The notes under the pieces were generated by a model that saw only the letters and a program-made list of their open reading frames with translations, made no database searches and had not been told where the DNA came from. This document shows, piece after piece, positions 53,162 through 63,529 of a DNA stretch of 64,000 bases. Position 1 is the stretch's first letter; the number at the start of each line of letters is the position of its first letter. The position numbers and the translations under genes are program-made. Origin of the DNA: Deltaproteobacteria bacterium (GTDB lineage Bacteria > Myxococcota > Myxococcia > Myxococcales > 40CM-4-68-19). The stretch lies in contig VBLC01000046.1 of NCBI GenBank assembly GCA_005879315.1, positions 65,424 through 129,423 of the forward strand, given 5' to 3'.

Positions 53162-53661
53162 GGCTCTCCGTTCTTGCCGCCGCGCTGCTCGCGCTCGCCT
53201 GCTCCGACTCGCAGCGGGTGAACAAGAAGCTGCGCGACGAGGCCTGCACCAAGAACCTCGACTGCTATTACGGCCTCGAATGCGTCGACACCGCGCAGCT
53301 GGCCGACGGCGGTCCCGTCCCCGCCGCCAAGACCTGCCAGTTCAAATCCTTCGGCGATTGCGAGGGCGAGGGCCTCGGCCCGAACGGCCAGCCGCAATGC
53401 CTGTCGGGCCAGAAATGCCGCGACAGCCGCTGTACGGTGCAGTGCGCCGGCTCGAAGGACTGCAAGGAGAACGAGATCTGCAAGATCGGCATCTGCCAGA
53501 AGGGCGGCACGGCGCTCAACCAGTGCTACGACAACCGCGATTGCGCCTGGCCGCAGACCTGCTTCTATGGGCAGTGCGTGACCCGGACCGAGACCATGCG
53601 CTGCCGAAGCGATCTCGATTGCGGATACGGTTTTCGCTGCATCAATGGGCTCTGTCAGTAG
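53158..53661 (+). CDS. Cys-repeat lipoprotein of unknown function in the fabG position
   Basis: GTG 53158 overlaps the fabD TGA (GTGA), with GGAGG 7 nt upstream. Lipobox LLALAC. 20 further Cys residues fall in C-x5-C-x5-C-x4-C units ([54 protein letters not shown]). Confidence 0.7.
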   Translation: MRLSVLAAALLALACSDSQRVNKKLRDEACTKNLDCYYGLECVDTAQLADGGPVPAAKTCQFKSFGDCEGEGLGPNGQPQCLSGQKCRDSRCTVQCAGSKDCKENEICKIGICQKGGTALNQCYDNRDCAWPQTCFYGQCVTRTETMRCRSDLDCGYGFRCINGLCQ

Positions 53662-53725
53662 AGGATTTTTTTGGGAACGCGTGCTACAAGCCCGCGTTTC
53701 GTACGCAACCGAAAGGATCGGTTAC

Positions 53726-53959
53726 ATGTCCGTCGAGGCGAAGGTCAAGAGCATCATCGCGGAGCAGCTCGGTGTCGGGGAGGACGAAATCAAGGCCGAG
53801 AGCGCGTTCATCGAGGATCTCGGCGCCGACTCTCTCGACATCGTCGAACTGGTGATGGCGATGGAAGAGGAATTCGAGGTGGAGATTCCCGATGAAGAGG
53901 CTGAGCACATCAAGACGGTGCAGGACGCCGTCAACTTCATCAACGAGCACAAGAAGTAG
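53726..53959 (+). CDS. acpP: acyl carrier protein
   Basis: [21 protein letters not shown] (phosphopantetheine Ser). 77 aa. Confidence 0.97.
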   Translation: MSVEAKVKSIIAEQLGVGEDEIKAESAFIEDLGADSLDIVELVMAMEEEFEVEIPDEEAEHIKTVQDAVNFINEHKK

Positions 53960-53992
53960 GCTCGGGCATCGCTCCTCCGGTCAGAGCAACGC

Positions 53993-55240
53993 ATGCAGCG
54001 TTTAGAACGCAGAGTCGTCGTCACCGGGCTGGGTCTCGTCACCCCTCTGGGCATCGGCACCAAGGAGTCCTGGGAGGCGGCCATCGCCGGCAAGAGCGGC
54101 ATCGGCCCCATCACCCGCTTCGACGTCAAGGACCTGCCCTGCCGCATCGCCGGCGAGGTCAAGGGATTCGAGCCCGCGCTCTACATGGACAAGAAGGAGG
54201 CGCGGCGCAACGACCTCTTCATCCAGTTCGGCCTCGCCGCCACCCACATCGCGCTGCTCGACGCGGGCCTGCCCCTGGACAAGCCGCTCGGCGAGCGCAC
54301 CGGCGTCATCGTCGGCTCGGGAATGGGCGGTCTCTCGACTCTCGAAGAGACGCACCTCACGGCCGTCAACAAGGGGCACCGGCGGGTGAACCCCTTCTTC
54401 ATCCCCTCCATCATCGTCAACCTGGTGGGCGGCCAGGTCTCCATCAAGTACGGCGCGGGGGGAGTGAACTTCGCGCCGGTGTCGGCCTGCGCCACCGGCA
54501 ACCACGCCATCGGCGAGTCGCTGCGACATCTGCAGCACGGCGACGTCGACAGGATGATCACCGGCGGAGCGGAAGCCACCATCACCTTGCTGGGCATCTC
54601 CGGCTTCACCGCGGCGCGCGCCGTCTCGGAGCGGAACGACGCGCCGGAGAAGGCTTCGCGGCCCTTCGACAGGGACCGCGACGGATTCGTCGCCGGGGAG
54701 GGCTCTGGCATCCTCATCCTCGAGGATCTGGAGCACGCAAAGAAACGCGGCGCGCGCATCTACTGCGAGCTGATCGGCTACGGCGCAACCGCCGACGCGT
54801 ACCACATCACCGCGCCCTCGGGCGAAGGCGCCGAGCGCGCCATGAGACTCTGTCTCGAGGACGCCGGCCTGCGGCCCGAGGAGGTGCAGTACGTCAACGC
54901 TCACGGCACCTCGACGCCGGTGGGCGACGTTGCCGAGATCAAGGCCATCAAGAACGTCTTCGGCCCCTGGGCGAAGAAGGGGCTGATGGTCAGCTCCACC
55001 AAGAGCATGACCGGACATCTGCTCGGCGCGGCGGGCGGCGTCGAGGGGGCCTTCACCGCACTGGCGCTGCATCACGGGATCGTTCCGCCGACCATCAACG
55101 TCGACAATCAGGATCCGGAGTGCGATCTCGACGTGGTGCCGAACAAGGCGCGCGAGGTACCGATCAAGACGGCCATCTCGAACTCGTTCGGCTTCGGCGG
55201 CACCAATGCGGTGGTCGCCTTTCAGCGCTTCGAGGAGTGA
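53993..55240 (+). CDS. fabF: 3-oxoacyl-ACP synthase II
   Basis: SACATGNHAIG, NAHGTSTP and KSMTGHLLGAAG. Confidence 0.95.
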   Translation: MQRLERRVVVTGLGLVTPLGIGTKESWEAAIAGKSGIGPITRFDVKDLPCRIAGEVKGFEPALYMDKKEARRNDLFIQFGLAATHIALLDAGLPLDKPLGERTGVIVGSGMGGLSTLEETHLTAVNKGHRRVNPFFIPSIIVNLVGGQVSIKYGAGGVNFAPVSACATGNHAIGESLRHLQHGDVDRMITGGAEATITLLGISGFTAARAVSERNDAPEKASRPFDRDRDGFVAGEGSGILILEDLEHAKKRGARIYCELIGYGATADAYHITAPSGEGAERAMRLCLEDAGLRPEEVQYVNAHGTSTPVGDVAEIKAIKNVFGPWAKKGLMVSSTKSMTGHLLGAAGGVEGAFTALALHHGIVPPTINVDNQDPECDLDVVPNKAREVPIKTAISNSFGFGGTNAVVAFQRFEE

Positions 55241-56970
55241 AGCGCGTCGCGGCGCGCCAGCTCGAGCTGCTGCCGCGCGATCTGCAGCTGAGGGTCCAGC
55301 TCCAGAGCGCGCTGGAAGCGCTCGATGGCCTCGCCGTAGCGGGCGCCGCGCGCGAGCAGGATGCCGAGATCGAGCTGCGTCGCCGCGTCTCGGGGCGCCA
55401 GCTGCTGGGCGCGGAGCAGATGAGCCAGCGCCTCGTCGGTCCGGCCGACTTCGGCGAGCGCGACGCCGAGCTCCCGCTGCAGATCGGGGAAATCCGGGTG
55501 GGCGGGCTCGAGCGGCTCGAGCAGCCGCACCGCTTCCGCCGTTCGCCCCAGCTGCGTCAGGGTCGCGGCCATCGTCGGCGCCACCAGGGTCGGGTCGGGC
55601 TCGACCGCGAGCGCTTGTTCGAACCAGCGGAGCGCCTCTCGCGGCTGGCCGCGCCGCAGCGCGATCAGCCCCCGCGCATTGAGGGCGCGGCCGGCGGTCG
55701 GCCACTGCCGCAGCACGGCGCGATAGAGCGCTTCGGCCTCCTCGAGCTTGCCCTGCGACAAGCGCTGATTGGCGAGCGCCTGCAGCGCGAGCGGATCGTC
55801 GGGCGAGACTTCCAGCGCGTGCGAGAAGAGCGCGCCGTCGTCGCGCCAGTAGCTCTCTTGCCGCAGCGTGAGGACGAAGAGGGCGCAGACGGCCGCCGCT
55901 GCCGTCGCCCAGAGCGCTGCCCGCCGCGGCAAGCTGAACGACAGCGCGAAGAAAGGGCCGATGAGCGGCAGATAGCTGTAGCGGTCGGCCACGGACTGCG
56001 AGCCTGCCTGGACGACGCCGATCACCGGCAGCAGCATCACCAGGAACCAGGCCCAGCCGACCGCGAGCTGCGGCCGCTCGCGCAGTTGCCAGAGGCACAA
56101 GCCGGTGATGGCGACGAGGAGCGCGGCCGCGGCCAGCAGCGGCCCCCAGTGGATTTCAGGATGCAGCGGATAGTGGACCGCGAGGCGCGCCGGCCAGACG
56201 GCCATCTTTAGATAAATCGCGTACCCCTCGATCGCATCGGCGATGCGCGAGGAAAGCGGCAGCGGCGAGATCGCTCTTCCCGAACTCTGGGCGCGCAGCG
56301 TGAGGAGGCTGGCCGCGGCCGAAAGCAAGAAGAGCGGAAGCTTCTCGCGCAAGAGCGGCGGCCGCCGCAAAGGCCAGACGTCGAGCAGAAGCAGCACGAA
56401 CGGGGCCGTCACCAGCATCGGCTTCGAGGCCAGCCCCGCCGCGAAGAGCGCGCAGACCAAGAGGTATCGCGCCGCGCCCGGCTTGCGCACCCAGCCGAGC
56501 CAGGCGACCAGCATGAGGAGAAAGAAAAAGGCGGAGAGCACGTCCTTGCGTTCGGAGATCCAGACCACCGACTCGACGCGCAGCGGATGCACCGCGAACA
56601 ACGCCGCCGTCAGCAGGCTGGGCCAGTAGAGCCGCGTCGCCTGCAAGAGGAAGAGGAAAAGCAGGGCGCCGTTGGCCGCGTGAAGCAGCACGCTCGACAG
56701 GTGATGTCCCGCCGGCGCCGATCCCCACAGCGTCCAGTCGAGCGTGTGCGAGAGCCAGGTGAGCGGGAACCAGTTGGCGGCGTACGTGCGGGTGAAGGCC
56801 CAGCGCATGGTCGCGGCGGTGAAGCCCTGCTGGATGTGCGGATTGCCGGTGACGTAATCGGCGTCGTCGATGCCGGCGAAGGGGAATCCGACCGCCGCGG
56901 AGAAGGCGCTCAGGGAAAGGGCGGCGACGAGGGCGGCGCCGAGCCATTGCGCACCTCGGCTCTTCTCCAC
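55222..56970 (-). CDS. polytopic membrane protein with C-terminal TPR repeats (TMTC/PMT-like O-glycosyltransferase candidate)
   Basis: About 9-11 TM helices. The early loop DDADYVTGNPH and a DUF1736-like segment (HPLRVESVVWISERKDVL) are followed by about 6 TPR units. GTG 56970 chosen, downstream of AAGGAGG. Confidence 0.65.
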   Translation of the reverse strand: MEKSRGAQWLGAALVAALSLSAFSAAVGFPFAGIDDADYVTGNPHIQQGFTAATMRWAFTRTYAANWFPLTWLSHTLDWTLWGSAPAGHHLSSVLLHAANGALLFLFLLQATRLYWPSLLTAALFAVHPLRVESVVWISERKDVLSAFFFLLMLVAWLGWVRKPGAARYLLVCALFAAGLASKPMLVTAPFVLLLLDVWPLRRPPLLREKLPLFLLSAAASLLTLRAQSSGRAISPLPLSSRIADAIEGYAIYLKMAVWPARLAVHYPLHPEIHWGPLLAAAALLVAITGLCLWQLRERPQLAVGWAWFLVMLLPVIGVVQAGSQSVADRYSYLPLIGPFFALSFSLPRRAALWATAAAAVCALFVLTLRQESYWRDDGALFSHALEVSPDDPLALQALANQRLSQGKLEEAEALYRAVLRQWPTAGRALNARGLIALRRGQPREALRWFEQALAVEPDPTLVAPTMAATLTQLGRTAEAVRLLEPLEPAHPDFPDLQRELGVALAEVGRTDEALAHLLRAQQLAPRDAATQLDLGILLARGARYGEAIERFQRALELDPQLQIARQQLELARRDALHSSKR

Positions 56971-57026
56971 GGTCGCGATGATACCTCCTTGCCCCTGGCG
57001 CAGGCGCGCGATATGAGCGCTGCTCG

Positions 57027-58283
57027 ATGGAAAAGCCGCTCCGCGAGGTGGATCCGGAGATCGCCCGTCTGATCCGCGAGGAGACCGAGCGCCAGGCAAA
57101 CGGCCTCGAGCTCATCGCCAGCGAGAACTTCGTCTCCGAGGCGGTCCTCGAGGCGCAGGGCTCGACGCTGACCAACAAGTACGCCGAGGGCCTGCCCGGC
57201 AAGCGCTACTACGGCGGCTGCGAAGTGGTCGACAAGGTCGAGCAGCTGGCCATCGACCGCGCCAAGACGCTCTTCGGCGCCGAGCACGCCAACGTCCAGC
57301 CGCACGCCGGATCGCAGGCGAACATGGCGACGTACTTCGCCCTGCTGCGGCCCGGCGACCGCATCATGTCGCTCAGCCTCGCGCAGGGCGGGCATCTCAC
57401 CCACGGCTCGCCGGTGAACTTCTCCGGCAAGCTCTTCGAGATCCACCACTACGGGCTCGATCCGAAGACGGAGCAGATCGACTTTCCCGCGGCGCTGAAG
57501 CTGGCGCGCGAGGTGAAGCCGCGCATGCTCTTGTGCGGCGCCTCCGCCTATCCGCGCACGCTCGATTTCGTCAGGCTGCGCGAGATCGCCGACGAGGTCC
57601 ACGCGATGATGGTCTGCGACATCGCCCACATCGCCGGGCTGGTGGCGGTCGGGCTCCATCCCAGCCCGGTGCCGCTCAGCGAGGCGGTCACCACCACCAC
57701 CCACAAGACGCTGCGCGGTCCGCGCAGCGGGCTGATCCTCTGCAAGCAGGAGCACGCCAAGGCCATCGACTCGAATGTCTTCCCCGGCATCCAGGGCGGG
57801 CCGCTCGAGCACATCATCGCCGCCAAGGCGGTCGCCTTCGCCGAGGCGCTGCGGCCCTCGTTCAAGGAATACCAGCAGCGCATCCTCGACAACGCGCAGG
57901 CGCTCGCTCAGGGCCTGATCGAGGGCGGGCTGCGGCTGGTCGCCGGCGGCACCGACACGCATCTGATGTTGTGCGATCTGCGCCCCAAGAAGCTCACCGG
58001 CAAGATCGCGGAGCAGGTGCTGCAGCGGGCGCACATCACCACCAACAAGAACATGATCCCGGGCGACCCCGAGAAGCCGTTCGTCACCAGCGGCCTGCGG
58101 CTGGGCACGCCGGCGCTCACCACCCGGGGCATGGGACCCAGGGAGATGAAGCAGATCGCGCGGCTGATCGTGCGCGTCCTCGACAAACCCGAGGACGCGG
58201 CCGAGATCGAGCGCGTCCGCGGCGAGGTGCACGAGCTGGCGCGCCAGTTTCCGCTCTACGCGCGCCGCCTGGCCCGTGTATGA
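57027..58283 (+). CDS. glyA: serine hydroxymethyltransferase
   Basis: [11 protein letters not shown] and [12 protein letters not shown] (PLP-lysine). Confidence 0.97.
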   Translation: MEKPLREVDPEIARLIREETERQANGLELIASENFVSEAVLEAQGSTLTNKYAEGLPGKRYYGGCEVVDKVEQLAIDRAKTLFGAEHANVQPHAGSQANMATYFALLRPGDRIMSLSLAQGGHLTHGSPVNFSGKLFEIHHYGLDPKTEQIDFPAALKLAREVKPRMLLCGASAYPRTLDFVRLREIADEVHAMMVCDIAHIAGLVAVGLHPSPVPLSEAVTTTTHKTLRGPRSGLILCKQEHAKAIDSNVFPGIQGGPLEHIIAAKAVAFAEALRPSFKEYQQRILDNAQALAQGLIEGGLRLVAGGTDTHLMLCDLRPKKLTGKIAEQVLQRAHITTNKNMIPGDPEKPFVTSGLRLGTPALTTRGMGPREMKQIARLIVRVLDKPEDAAEIERVRGEVHELARQFPLYARRLARV

Positions 58284-58750
58284 AGTGTCCGTTCTGCGCC
58301 GAGCTGGAGAACAAGGTGATCGACTCCCGCCTCTCCAACCAGGGCGTGGTCATCCGCCGCCGCCGCGAGTGCCTCGGCTGCCAGCGCCGCTTCACCACCT
58401 ACGAGCGGGTCGAGGAAATCCTCCCCATGGTGGTGAAGAAGGACGGCCGCCGCGAGGCGTACGATCGCCAAAAGATTTTGGAGGGCCTGCGCCTCGCCTG
58501 CCAGAAGCGGCCGGTCTCGGCGGAGCAGCTCGAGGAAGTCGCCGACGGCATCGAGCGCAGACTTCAGGAGATGGGCGACAAGGAAGTGCGCAGCTCGGTG
58601 ATCGGCGAGGCGGTGATGCGGGAACTGGCCAGGCTCGACGAAGTCGCCTACGTGCGCTTCGCCAGCGTCTACCGCTCCTTCAAGGACCTGGGCGAATTCA
58701 TGAGCGAGCTGAAGGAGCTCATCTCCGAGCGCAAAGCGCAGAAGAAGTGA
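58280..58750 (+). CDS. nrdR: transcriptional repressor NrdR
   Basis: MKCPFC...[12 protein letters not shown] zinc ribbon plus an ATP-cone. ATGA overlap with the glyA stop. Confidence 0.95.
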   Translation: MKCPFCAELENKVIDSRLSNQGVVIRRRRECLGCQRRFTTYERVEEILPMVVKKDGRREAYDRQKILEGLRLACQKRPVSAEQLEEVADGIERRLQEMGDKEVRSSVIGEAVMRELARLDEVAYVRFASVYRSFKDLGEFMSELKELISERKAQKK

Positions 58751-59742
58751 ATTCTCCCGAAGAGCTGATGCGGCTGGCGCTGCTCGAGGCTACGAGGGGC
58801 CGCGGCCGGACGCATCCCAACCCGGCGGTGGGTGCCCTGGTGGTGCGCAAAGGGCGCGTCCTCTCGCGCGGGCATCACCAGAGAGCCGGGCTGCCGCACG
58901 CCGAGGTCGTCGCGCTGCGGGCGGCAGGCGGGCGCGCGCGGGGCGCGGATCTCTATGTGACGCTCGAGCCCTGCGCGCATCATGGGCGCACCCCTCCCTG
59001 CACTGAAGCGATCGTCGCTGCCGGCATCCGGCGCGTCTTCTACGGGAGCGGCGATCCCAATCCGCACGTGGAAGGCCACGGCGCCCGCCGGCTGCGCCGA
59101 AGCGGCATCGAGATCACCTCTGCCGTGCTGCGCGCCGAGTGCGACGCCTTCAACGAGCCCTGGTTCAAGTTCATCACCCGCGGAGTTCCCTGGGTCGTGC
59201 TCAAGGCCGCGGTGACTCTCGACGGCAAGCTGGCCATGCCCTCGGGCGACTCGAAATGGATCAGCAGCGAGCCCTCGCGAAGGCTCGTTCATCTCTGGCG
59301 CGATCAGTTCGATGCGGTCCTGGTCGGAGCCGGGACGGTGCGCGCCGACGACCCGCAGCTGACGGTGCGCGGAATTCCCGGCGGGCGCAGTCCACTTCGC
59401 GTCGTGCTGGGGGACGTTCCGCAGGGCGCGCGCGTCCTGCGCGAGCCGGGCGAGACATTGATCGAGGAGGGCGGCCTGCCCGCAATCCTGCGCCGCCTCG
59501 CCAGACGGGGCATCACCACGGTGCTGGTCGAGGGCGGCGCGCGCGTGCACGGCAGCTTCCTCAAGGCGAAGCTCTGGGACGAGCTGCGGCTCTTCATCGC
59601 TCCCAAGCTGGCGGGCGCCTCGGCGCTCTCCTGGGCAGGCTTCGAGGGGCCGCAGAACATGCGCGACGCGCTCGAAGCGCGCATCGTCGCCTGCGCGCAA
59701 GTGGGCGATGACATTCTCGTCACCGCCCGGCCGTTGCGTTAG
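58747..59742 (+). CDS. ribD: bifunctional riboflavin biosynthesis deaminase/reductase
   Basis: HAEVVAL...[13 protein letters not shown] deaminase zinc site, then a reductase domain. GTGA overlap with the nrdR stop. Confidence 0.92.
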   Translation: MNSPEELMRLALLEATRGRGRTHPNPAVGALVVRKGRVLSRGHHQRAGLPHAEVVALRAAGGRARGADLYVTLEPCAHHGRTPPCTEAIVAAGIRRVFYGSGDPNPHVEGHGARRLRRSGIEITSAVLRAECDAFNEPWFKFITRGVPWVVLKAAVTLDGKLAMPSGDSKWISSEPSRRLVHLWRDQFDAVLVGAGTVRADDPQLTVRGIPGGRSPLRVVLGDVPQGARVLREPGETLIEEGGLPAILRRLARRGITTVLVEGGARVHGSFLKAKLWDELRLFIAPKLAGASALSWAGFEGPQNMRDALEARIVACAQVGDDILVTARPLR

Positions 59743-59751
59743 AACTGGATC

Positions 59752-60336
59752 GTGTTCACGGGACTCATCGAGGACGTCGGCACGGTCGCGGCCGTGGAGG
59801 GCTCGCGCCTCGCCGTGCAGTCGCGCTTCGACGATCTCGGTCAAGGCGACAGCGTGGCGGTCGACGGCGTCTGCCTGACGGTGGTCGACACCGCCGTAGG
59901 ACGCTTCCGGGCCGACGTCTCCGCCGAAACGCAGCAGCGCTCGACGCTCGGCTCGCTGAAGCGCGGCGACCGCGTCAATCTCGAGCGGCCCCTGGCGCTG
60001 GGGGATCGCCTGGGGGGCCATCTCGTCCTCGGCCACGTCGACGGCGTCGGAGAGATCGTTGCACGTCAAACCATCGGCGAAGGCGTGCGGGTCGAGCTGC
60101 GCATCCCGCGGCAGCTGGCGCCCCTGGTGGTGGAGAAGGGCTCGATCGCGCTCGACGGCATCTCGCTCACCGTCAATCAGCTGCTCGGCGACGAACGGAT
60201 CGCGCTCTTCCTCATCCCCGAGACGCTGCGCGCCACCACCTGGGGCGATAAACTCCCTGGCGCCAGGGTCAACGTCGAGGCCGACATCCTCGGCAAGCAC
60301 GTCGCCCGGCTGATGGAGGGTCGCCTGGGTGGATAG
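59752..60336 (+). CDS. ribE: riboflavin synthase
   Basis: [12 protein letters not shown], with the two lumazine-binding repeats [11 protein letters not shown] and [11 protein letters not shown]. Confidence 0.93.
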   Translation: MFTGLIEDVGTVAAVEGSRLAVQSRFDDLGQGDSVAVDGVCLTVVDTAVGRFRADVSAETQQRSTLGSLKRGDRVNLERPLALGDRLGGHLVLGHVDGVGEIVARQTIGEGVRVELRIPRQLAPLVVEKGSIALDGISLTVNQLLGDERIALFLIPETLRATTWGDKLPGARVNVEADILGKHVARLMEGRLGG

Positions 60337-61561
60337 CACCGAGATCGAGCGCGTCGAAAAGGCGCTGGACGAGCTGCGCCACGGGCGCATGGTCATCCTC
60401 ATCGATGACGCCGACCGCGAGAACGAGGGCGACCTGGTGTTGGCCGCGCAGTTCGTCACTCCCGAGGCGATCAACTTCATGGCCAAGCACGCCCGCGGCC
60501 TCATCTGCCTCAGCCTCACCGAAGAGCAAGTCAAGCGGCTCGGCCTCACCATGATGGTGAGCGAGAACCAGAGCACCTACGCGACGGCGTTCACCGTCAG
60601 CATCGAGGCGGCGAGCGGCGTGACCACCGGCATCAGCGCTGCGGATCGCGCGACCACCATCCGCGCCGCCATCAGCCCCGACGCCCGGCCGGAAGATCTG
60701 GTGCGGCCCGGCCACGTCTTTCCCCTGCGGGCGCGCAAGGGCGGCGTTCTCGTCCGCGCCGGGCAGACGGAAGGGTCGGTCGATCTCGCGCGGCTCGCCG
60801 GCCTCGTCCCCGCCGGCGTGATCTGCGAGGTGATGAACGACGACGGCAGCATGGCCCGCATGCCCGATCTGCAGAAGTTTGCCGACCAGCACGGACTGCA
60901 CCTGCTCTTCGTCGCCGACGTCATTCATTACCGGTTGCAGCGCGAGTCGCTCGTCCGCCGCGGCGCCGAGGCGCGCGTGCCCACGCAGTTCGGCGGCGAG
61001 ATGCGCTGCATCGCCTACGAGAACGACGTCGACTCGGCCCAGCACGTCGCTTTCGTCAAGGGAAGCTGGGAACGCGACGAGCCGGTGCTGGTGCGAGTGC
61101 ATTCCAAGTGCCTGACCGGCGACGTCTTCGGCAGCAAGCGCTGCGACTGCGGCCCGCAGCTGCGCAGCGCGCTGCGGATGATCGACGAGGCGGGCAAGGG
61201 CGTGCTGGTCTATCTCGATCAGGAAGGGCGCGGCATCGGCCTGATCAACAAGCTCAAGGCCTACAACCTGCAGGACGAGGGCCACGACACCGTCGAGGCC
61301 AACCAGAAGCTCGGCTTCAAGGCCGACCTGCGCGACTACGGCATCGGCGCGCAGATCCTCCGCGACGTGGGCGTGCGCAAGATGCGGCTGATGACCAACA
61401 ACCCGAAGAAGATCGACGGGCTCAAGCGCCTCTACGACCTGGAGGTGGTGGAGCGGGTGCCCATCGAGGTCGGGCTGTCGGACGAGAACGAGAACTATCT
61501 CCAGGTCAAGCGCGACAAGATGGGCCACCTTTTGTCCCTCGTCGCGGACAAGCAGAAGTAA
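60329..61561 (+). CDS. ribBA: bifunctional 3,4-dihydroxy-2-butanone-4-phosphate synthase / GTP cyclohydrolase II
   Basis: [12 protein letters not shown] (DHBP synthase), [15 protein letters not shown] (GCH II zinc site) and EGRGIGL. Confidence 0.95.
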   Translation: MDSTEIERVEKALDELRHGRMVILIDDADRENEGDLVLAAQFVTPEAINFMAKHARGLICLSLTEEQVKRLGLTMMVSENQSTYATAFTVSIEAASGVTTGISAADRATTIRAAISPDARPEDLVRPGHVFPLRARKGGVLVRAGQTEGSVDLARLAGLVPAGVICEVMNDDGSMARMPDLQKFADQHGLHLLFVADVIHYRLQRESLVRRGAEARVPTQFGGEMRCIAYENDVDSAQHVAFVKGSWERDEPVLVRVHSKCLTGDVFGSKRCDCGPQLRSALRMIDEAGKGVLVYLDQEGRGIGLINKLKAYNLQDEGHDTVEANQKLGFKADLRDYGIGAQILRDVGVRKMRLMTNNPKKIDGLKRLYDLEVVERVPIEVGLSDENENYLQVKRDKMGHLLSLVADKQK

Positions 61562-61570
61562 GATGGCTGC

Positions 61571-62053
61571 ATGAGCAGGGGCACGCCGTCCGGGGTGGAT
61601 CTCGACGCCAACGGTCTGCGCTTCGCCATCGTCGCCTCGCGCTGGAACGAAAAGATCGTCGAGCAGCTCATCGCCGGCGCGCAGAAGGTGCTGCAGGAGC
61701 GCGGCGCGGCCAACGTTCGCGTTTATCGCTGCGCCGGCGCCTTCGAGCTCGCCCCTCTGGCGGCGCGGGTCGCGCGCAAGGGCGGTGTCGACGGCATCCT
61801 CGCGCTCTCTTGCCTGATCCGCGGCGGCACCGATCACTTCCGCCTCCTCGCCGACGAGGCTACCCGAGCTCTCGGCCTGCTCGCCCTGGAGGGCGCCACC
61901 AATCCGCGCCCCCTGGCGGTGAGCTTCGGCGTCCTCGCCTGCGAGAACCTGGGCCAGGCGCAGGAGCGCGCCGACCCGCAAGGCGCCGACAAAGGCGGCG
62001 AGGCCGCGCTGGCCTGCATCGAGCAGGCGCGGGCGCTGGCGGCGGTCGACTGA
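61571..62053 (+). CDS. ribH: 6,7-dimethyl-8-ribityllumazine synthase
   Basis: FAIVASRWNEKIV ... GAFELAP ... IRGGTDHF. Confidence 0.93.
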   Translation: MSRGTPSGVDLDANGLRFAIVASRWNEKIVEQLIAGAQKVLQERGAANVRVYRCAGAFELAPLAARVARKGGVDGILALSCLIRGGTDHFRLLADEATRALGLLALEGATNPRPLAVSFGVLACENLGQAQERADPQGADKGGEAALACIEQARALAAVD

Positions 62054-62497
62054 ATGGGCTCGCGGACGAAAGCGCGCGAGTGCGCGCTTCAGGCGCTCTA
62101 CCAGCTCGACACCAGCGGCGGCGAGCCGCGCGACGTGCTCCGCGCCATCCTCGCCCACTTCGAGGACGCCGACGCCGACACCGCGCAATTCGCCGAGCAG
62201 CTGGTGCGCGGGGTGCAGTCAGAGAGAGGACGGATCGACGAGCTCATCCAGCAGAGCAGCGCGCACTGGAAGCTCGACCGCATGGCGCGCGTCGACCGCA
62301 ACATCCTGCGGCTCGCCGTCTATGAGATCATCCGCCGCGCCGACGTGCCGCTGCGGGTGACGCTCAATGAAGCCATCGAGCTGGGAAAGAAGTTCGGGTC
62401 GGAAGAATCGTCGGCCTTCGTCAATGGCGTGCTCGACAAGATCGCTCACACCGAGATCTCCTTCGCAACGCCGAAGATGAAACCGGACGCGCCGTAG
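62054..62497 (+). CDS. nusB: transcription antitermination factor NusB
   Basis: RECALQALYQLD ... DRNILRLAVYE ... INEAIELGKKFG. Confidence 0.93.
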   Translation: MGSRTKARECALQALYQLDTSGGEPRDVLRAILAHFEDADADTAQFAEQLVRGVQSERGRIDELIQQSSAHWKLDRMARVDRNILRLAVYEIIRRADVPLRVTLNEAIELGKKFGSEESSAFVNGVLDKIAHTEISFATPKMKPDAP

Positions 62498-62519
62498 CCG
62501 ACAGGCGGAGGCACTCGCA

Positions 62520-63158
62520 ATGGACCTTTCCTTCCATCCGCTCTCGCTCGATGCCCTCGACCAGGTCACGGTCGAGTCGCTCTGTCTCTTCATCGCCTCC
62601 GACCAGCGGCCGCTGACCGGACTGGCCGGGCTGGCCGACTGGCGGCTCTCGGGGAAGCTCTCGCGCCTCTTGCGCGCGGGTCTCGTCTCCGGCGACGCCG
62701 GCGAGGCGGTGCTGACGCCGCCCGGGCCGCGGATGGCGTTCGAGAAGATGTTCCTCTTCGGCCTCGGGCAGTTGGAGCAGGGCGAGGAGACGCTGGTCGC
62801 GCAGATCGGGGCGGCGCTCCAGAAGGTCAGTCAGGCCGGCGTGCGCACGGCCGCCTTGCAGCTGCCCGCGCGGCTCGCGCCGGACGCGGCGGTGAAGATG
62901 CTCGTCGCGGAACTGAAGGGGCCGACTCGCGCGCTGGTCTTTTCGCCGGAGCCGCAGAAGCTGGCCGCGGTCTTCGCGCAGATGACGGGCGGCCGTCCGC
63001 CGCCGCTGGTGAAGGAGCCCGCCGCCGTCAGGCATCGCACTCCTACGCCGCCTCCCATGCCTCGGGCGGAGGACAAGCCGGGCGCACCGGGGCCGCAGCG
63101 CTACGTTCCGCCGGCGCCGAAGCAGAACATCTTCCAGAAGAACAAGAAGAAGCCTTAA
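62520..63158 (+). CDS. hypothetical protein; N-terminal part resembles the M17 leucyl-aminopeptidase N-terminal domain, Pro/Lys-rich tail
   Basis: The pattern SLCLFIASDQRPLTGLAGLADWRLSGKLSRLL ... GEAVL ... KMFLFGLG resembles LAP N-domains, but there is no catalytic domain. The tail is PTPPPMP...[10 protein letters not shown]. Confidence 0.45.
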   Translation: MDLSFHPLSLDALDQVTVESLCLFIASDQRPLTGLAGLADWRLSGKLSRLLRAGLVSGDAGEAVLTPPGPRMAFEKMFLFGLGQLEQGEETLVAQIGAALQKVSQAGVRTAALQLPARLAPDAAVKMLVAELKGPTRALVFSPEPQKLAAVFAQMTGGRPPPLVKEPAAVRHRTPTPPPMPRAEDKPGAPGPQRYVPPAPKQNIFQKNKKKP

Positions 63159-63529
63159 CGCACGAGTACGACGCGCACGGCGATGCTGCGCCAGGAGCTC
63201 TCCTGCAAGAGCACGCGCTGCGCCGGCGACTCGACCAGGAGCTGCCGCTCCTCCGGCCAGCGCAGGGCGATGCGGGTGTAGCCGGGCGCGACGAAGACGT
63301 CGCCGTGCGGCCGGAACTTCGCGCCGATGGGCCGCAGCGCCACGTGGGTCGTGACTGCCTCGGCGCAGCGCCGCTGGTAGACGGCGGCGACGAAGCGCGC
63401 GTCGGGCGAGGCCGCTTCCGAAAGCACCTCGTCGTCGCAGGGCGAGACCGGGGGAGCCGCCCGCCAGAACCAGAGGCTGACGGCGCCGATCGCCAGCATG
63501 GCGGCGAAAAGCGCCAGGAGCAGCTTCAC
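63155..63529 (-). CDS. 124-aa hypothetical membrane-anchored protein
   Basis: N-terminal TM/signal anchor [21 protein letters not shown]. The GTG start overlaps the asnS stop (GTGA on the minus strand). Confidence 0.5.
   Translation of the reverse strand: MKLLLALFAAMLAIGAVSLWFWRAAPPVSPCDDEVLSEAASPDARFVAAVYQRRCAEAVTTHVALRPIGAKFRPHGDVFVAPGYTRIALRWPEERQLLVESPAQRVLLQESSWRSIAVRVVLVR

Noticed and set aside
53158-53725. A hidden or degraded fabG in other frames of the fabD-acpP interval.
   Set aside because: The interval is too short for a ~245-aa SDR. No TGxxxGIG or YxxxK-type motif appears in any listed frame.
58280-58760. Expected FMN (RFN) riboswitch ahead of the rib operon.
   Set aside because: The ribD start overlaps the nrdR stop (GTGA), and nrdR overlaps glyA. 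There is no leader in which a riboswitch could sit.
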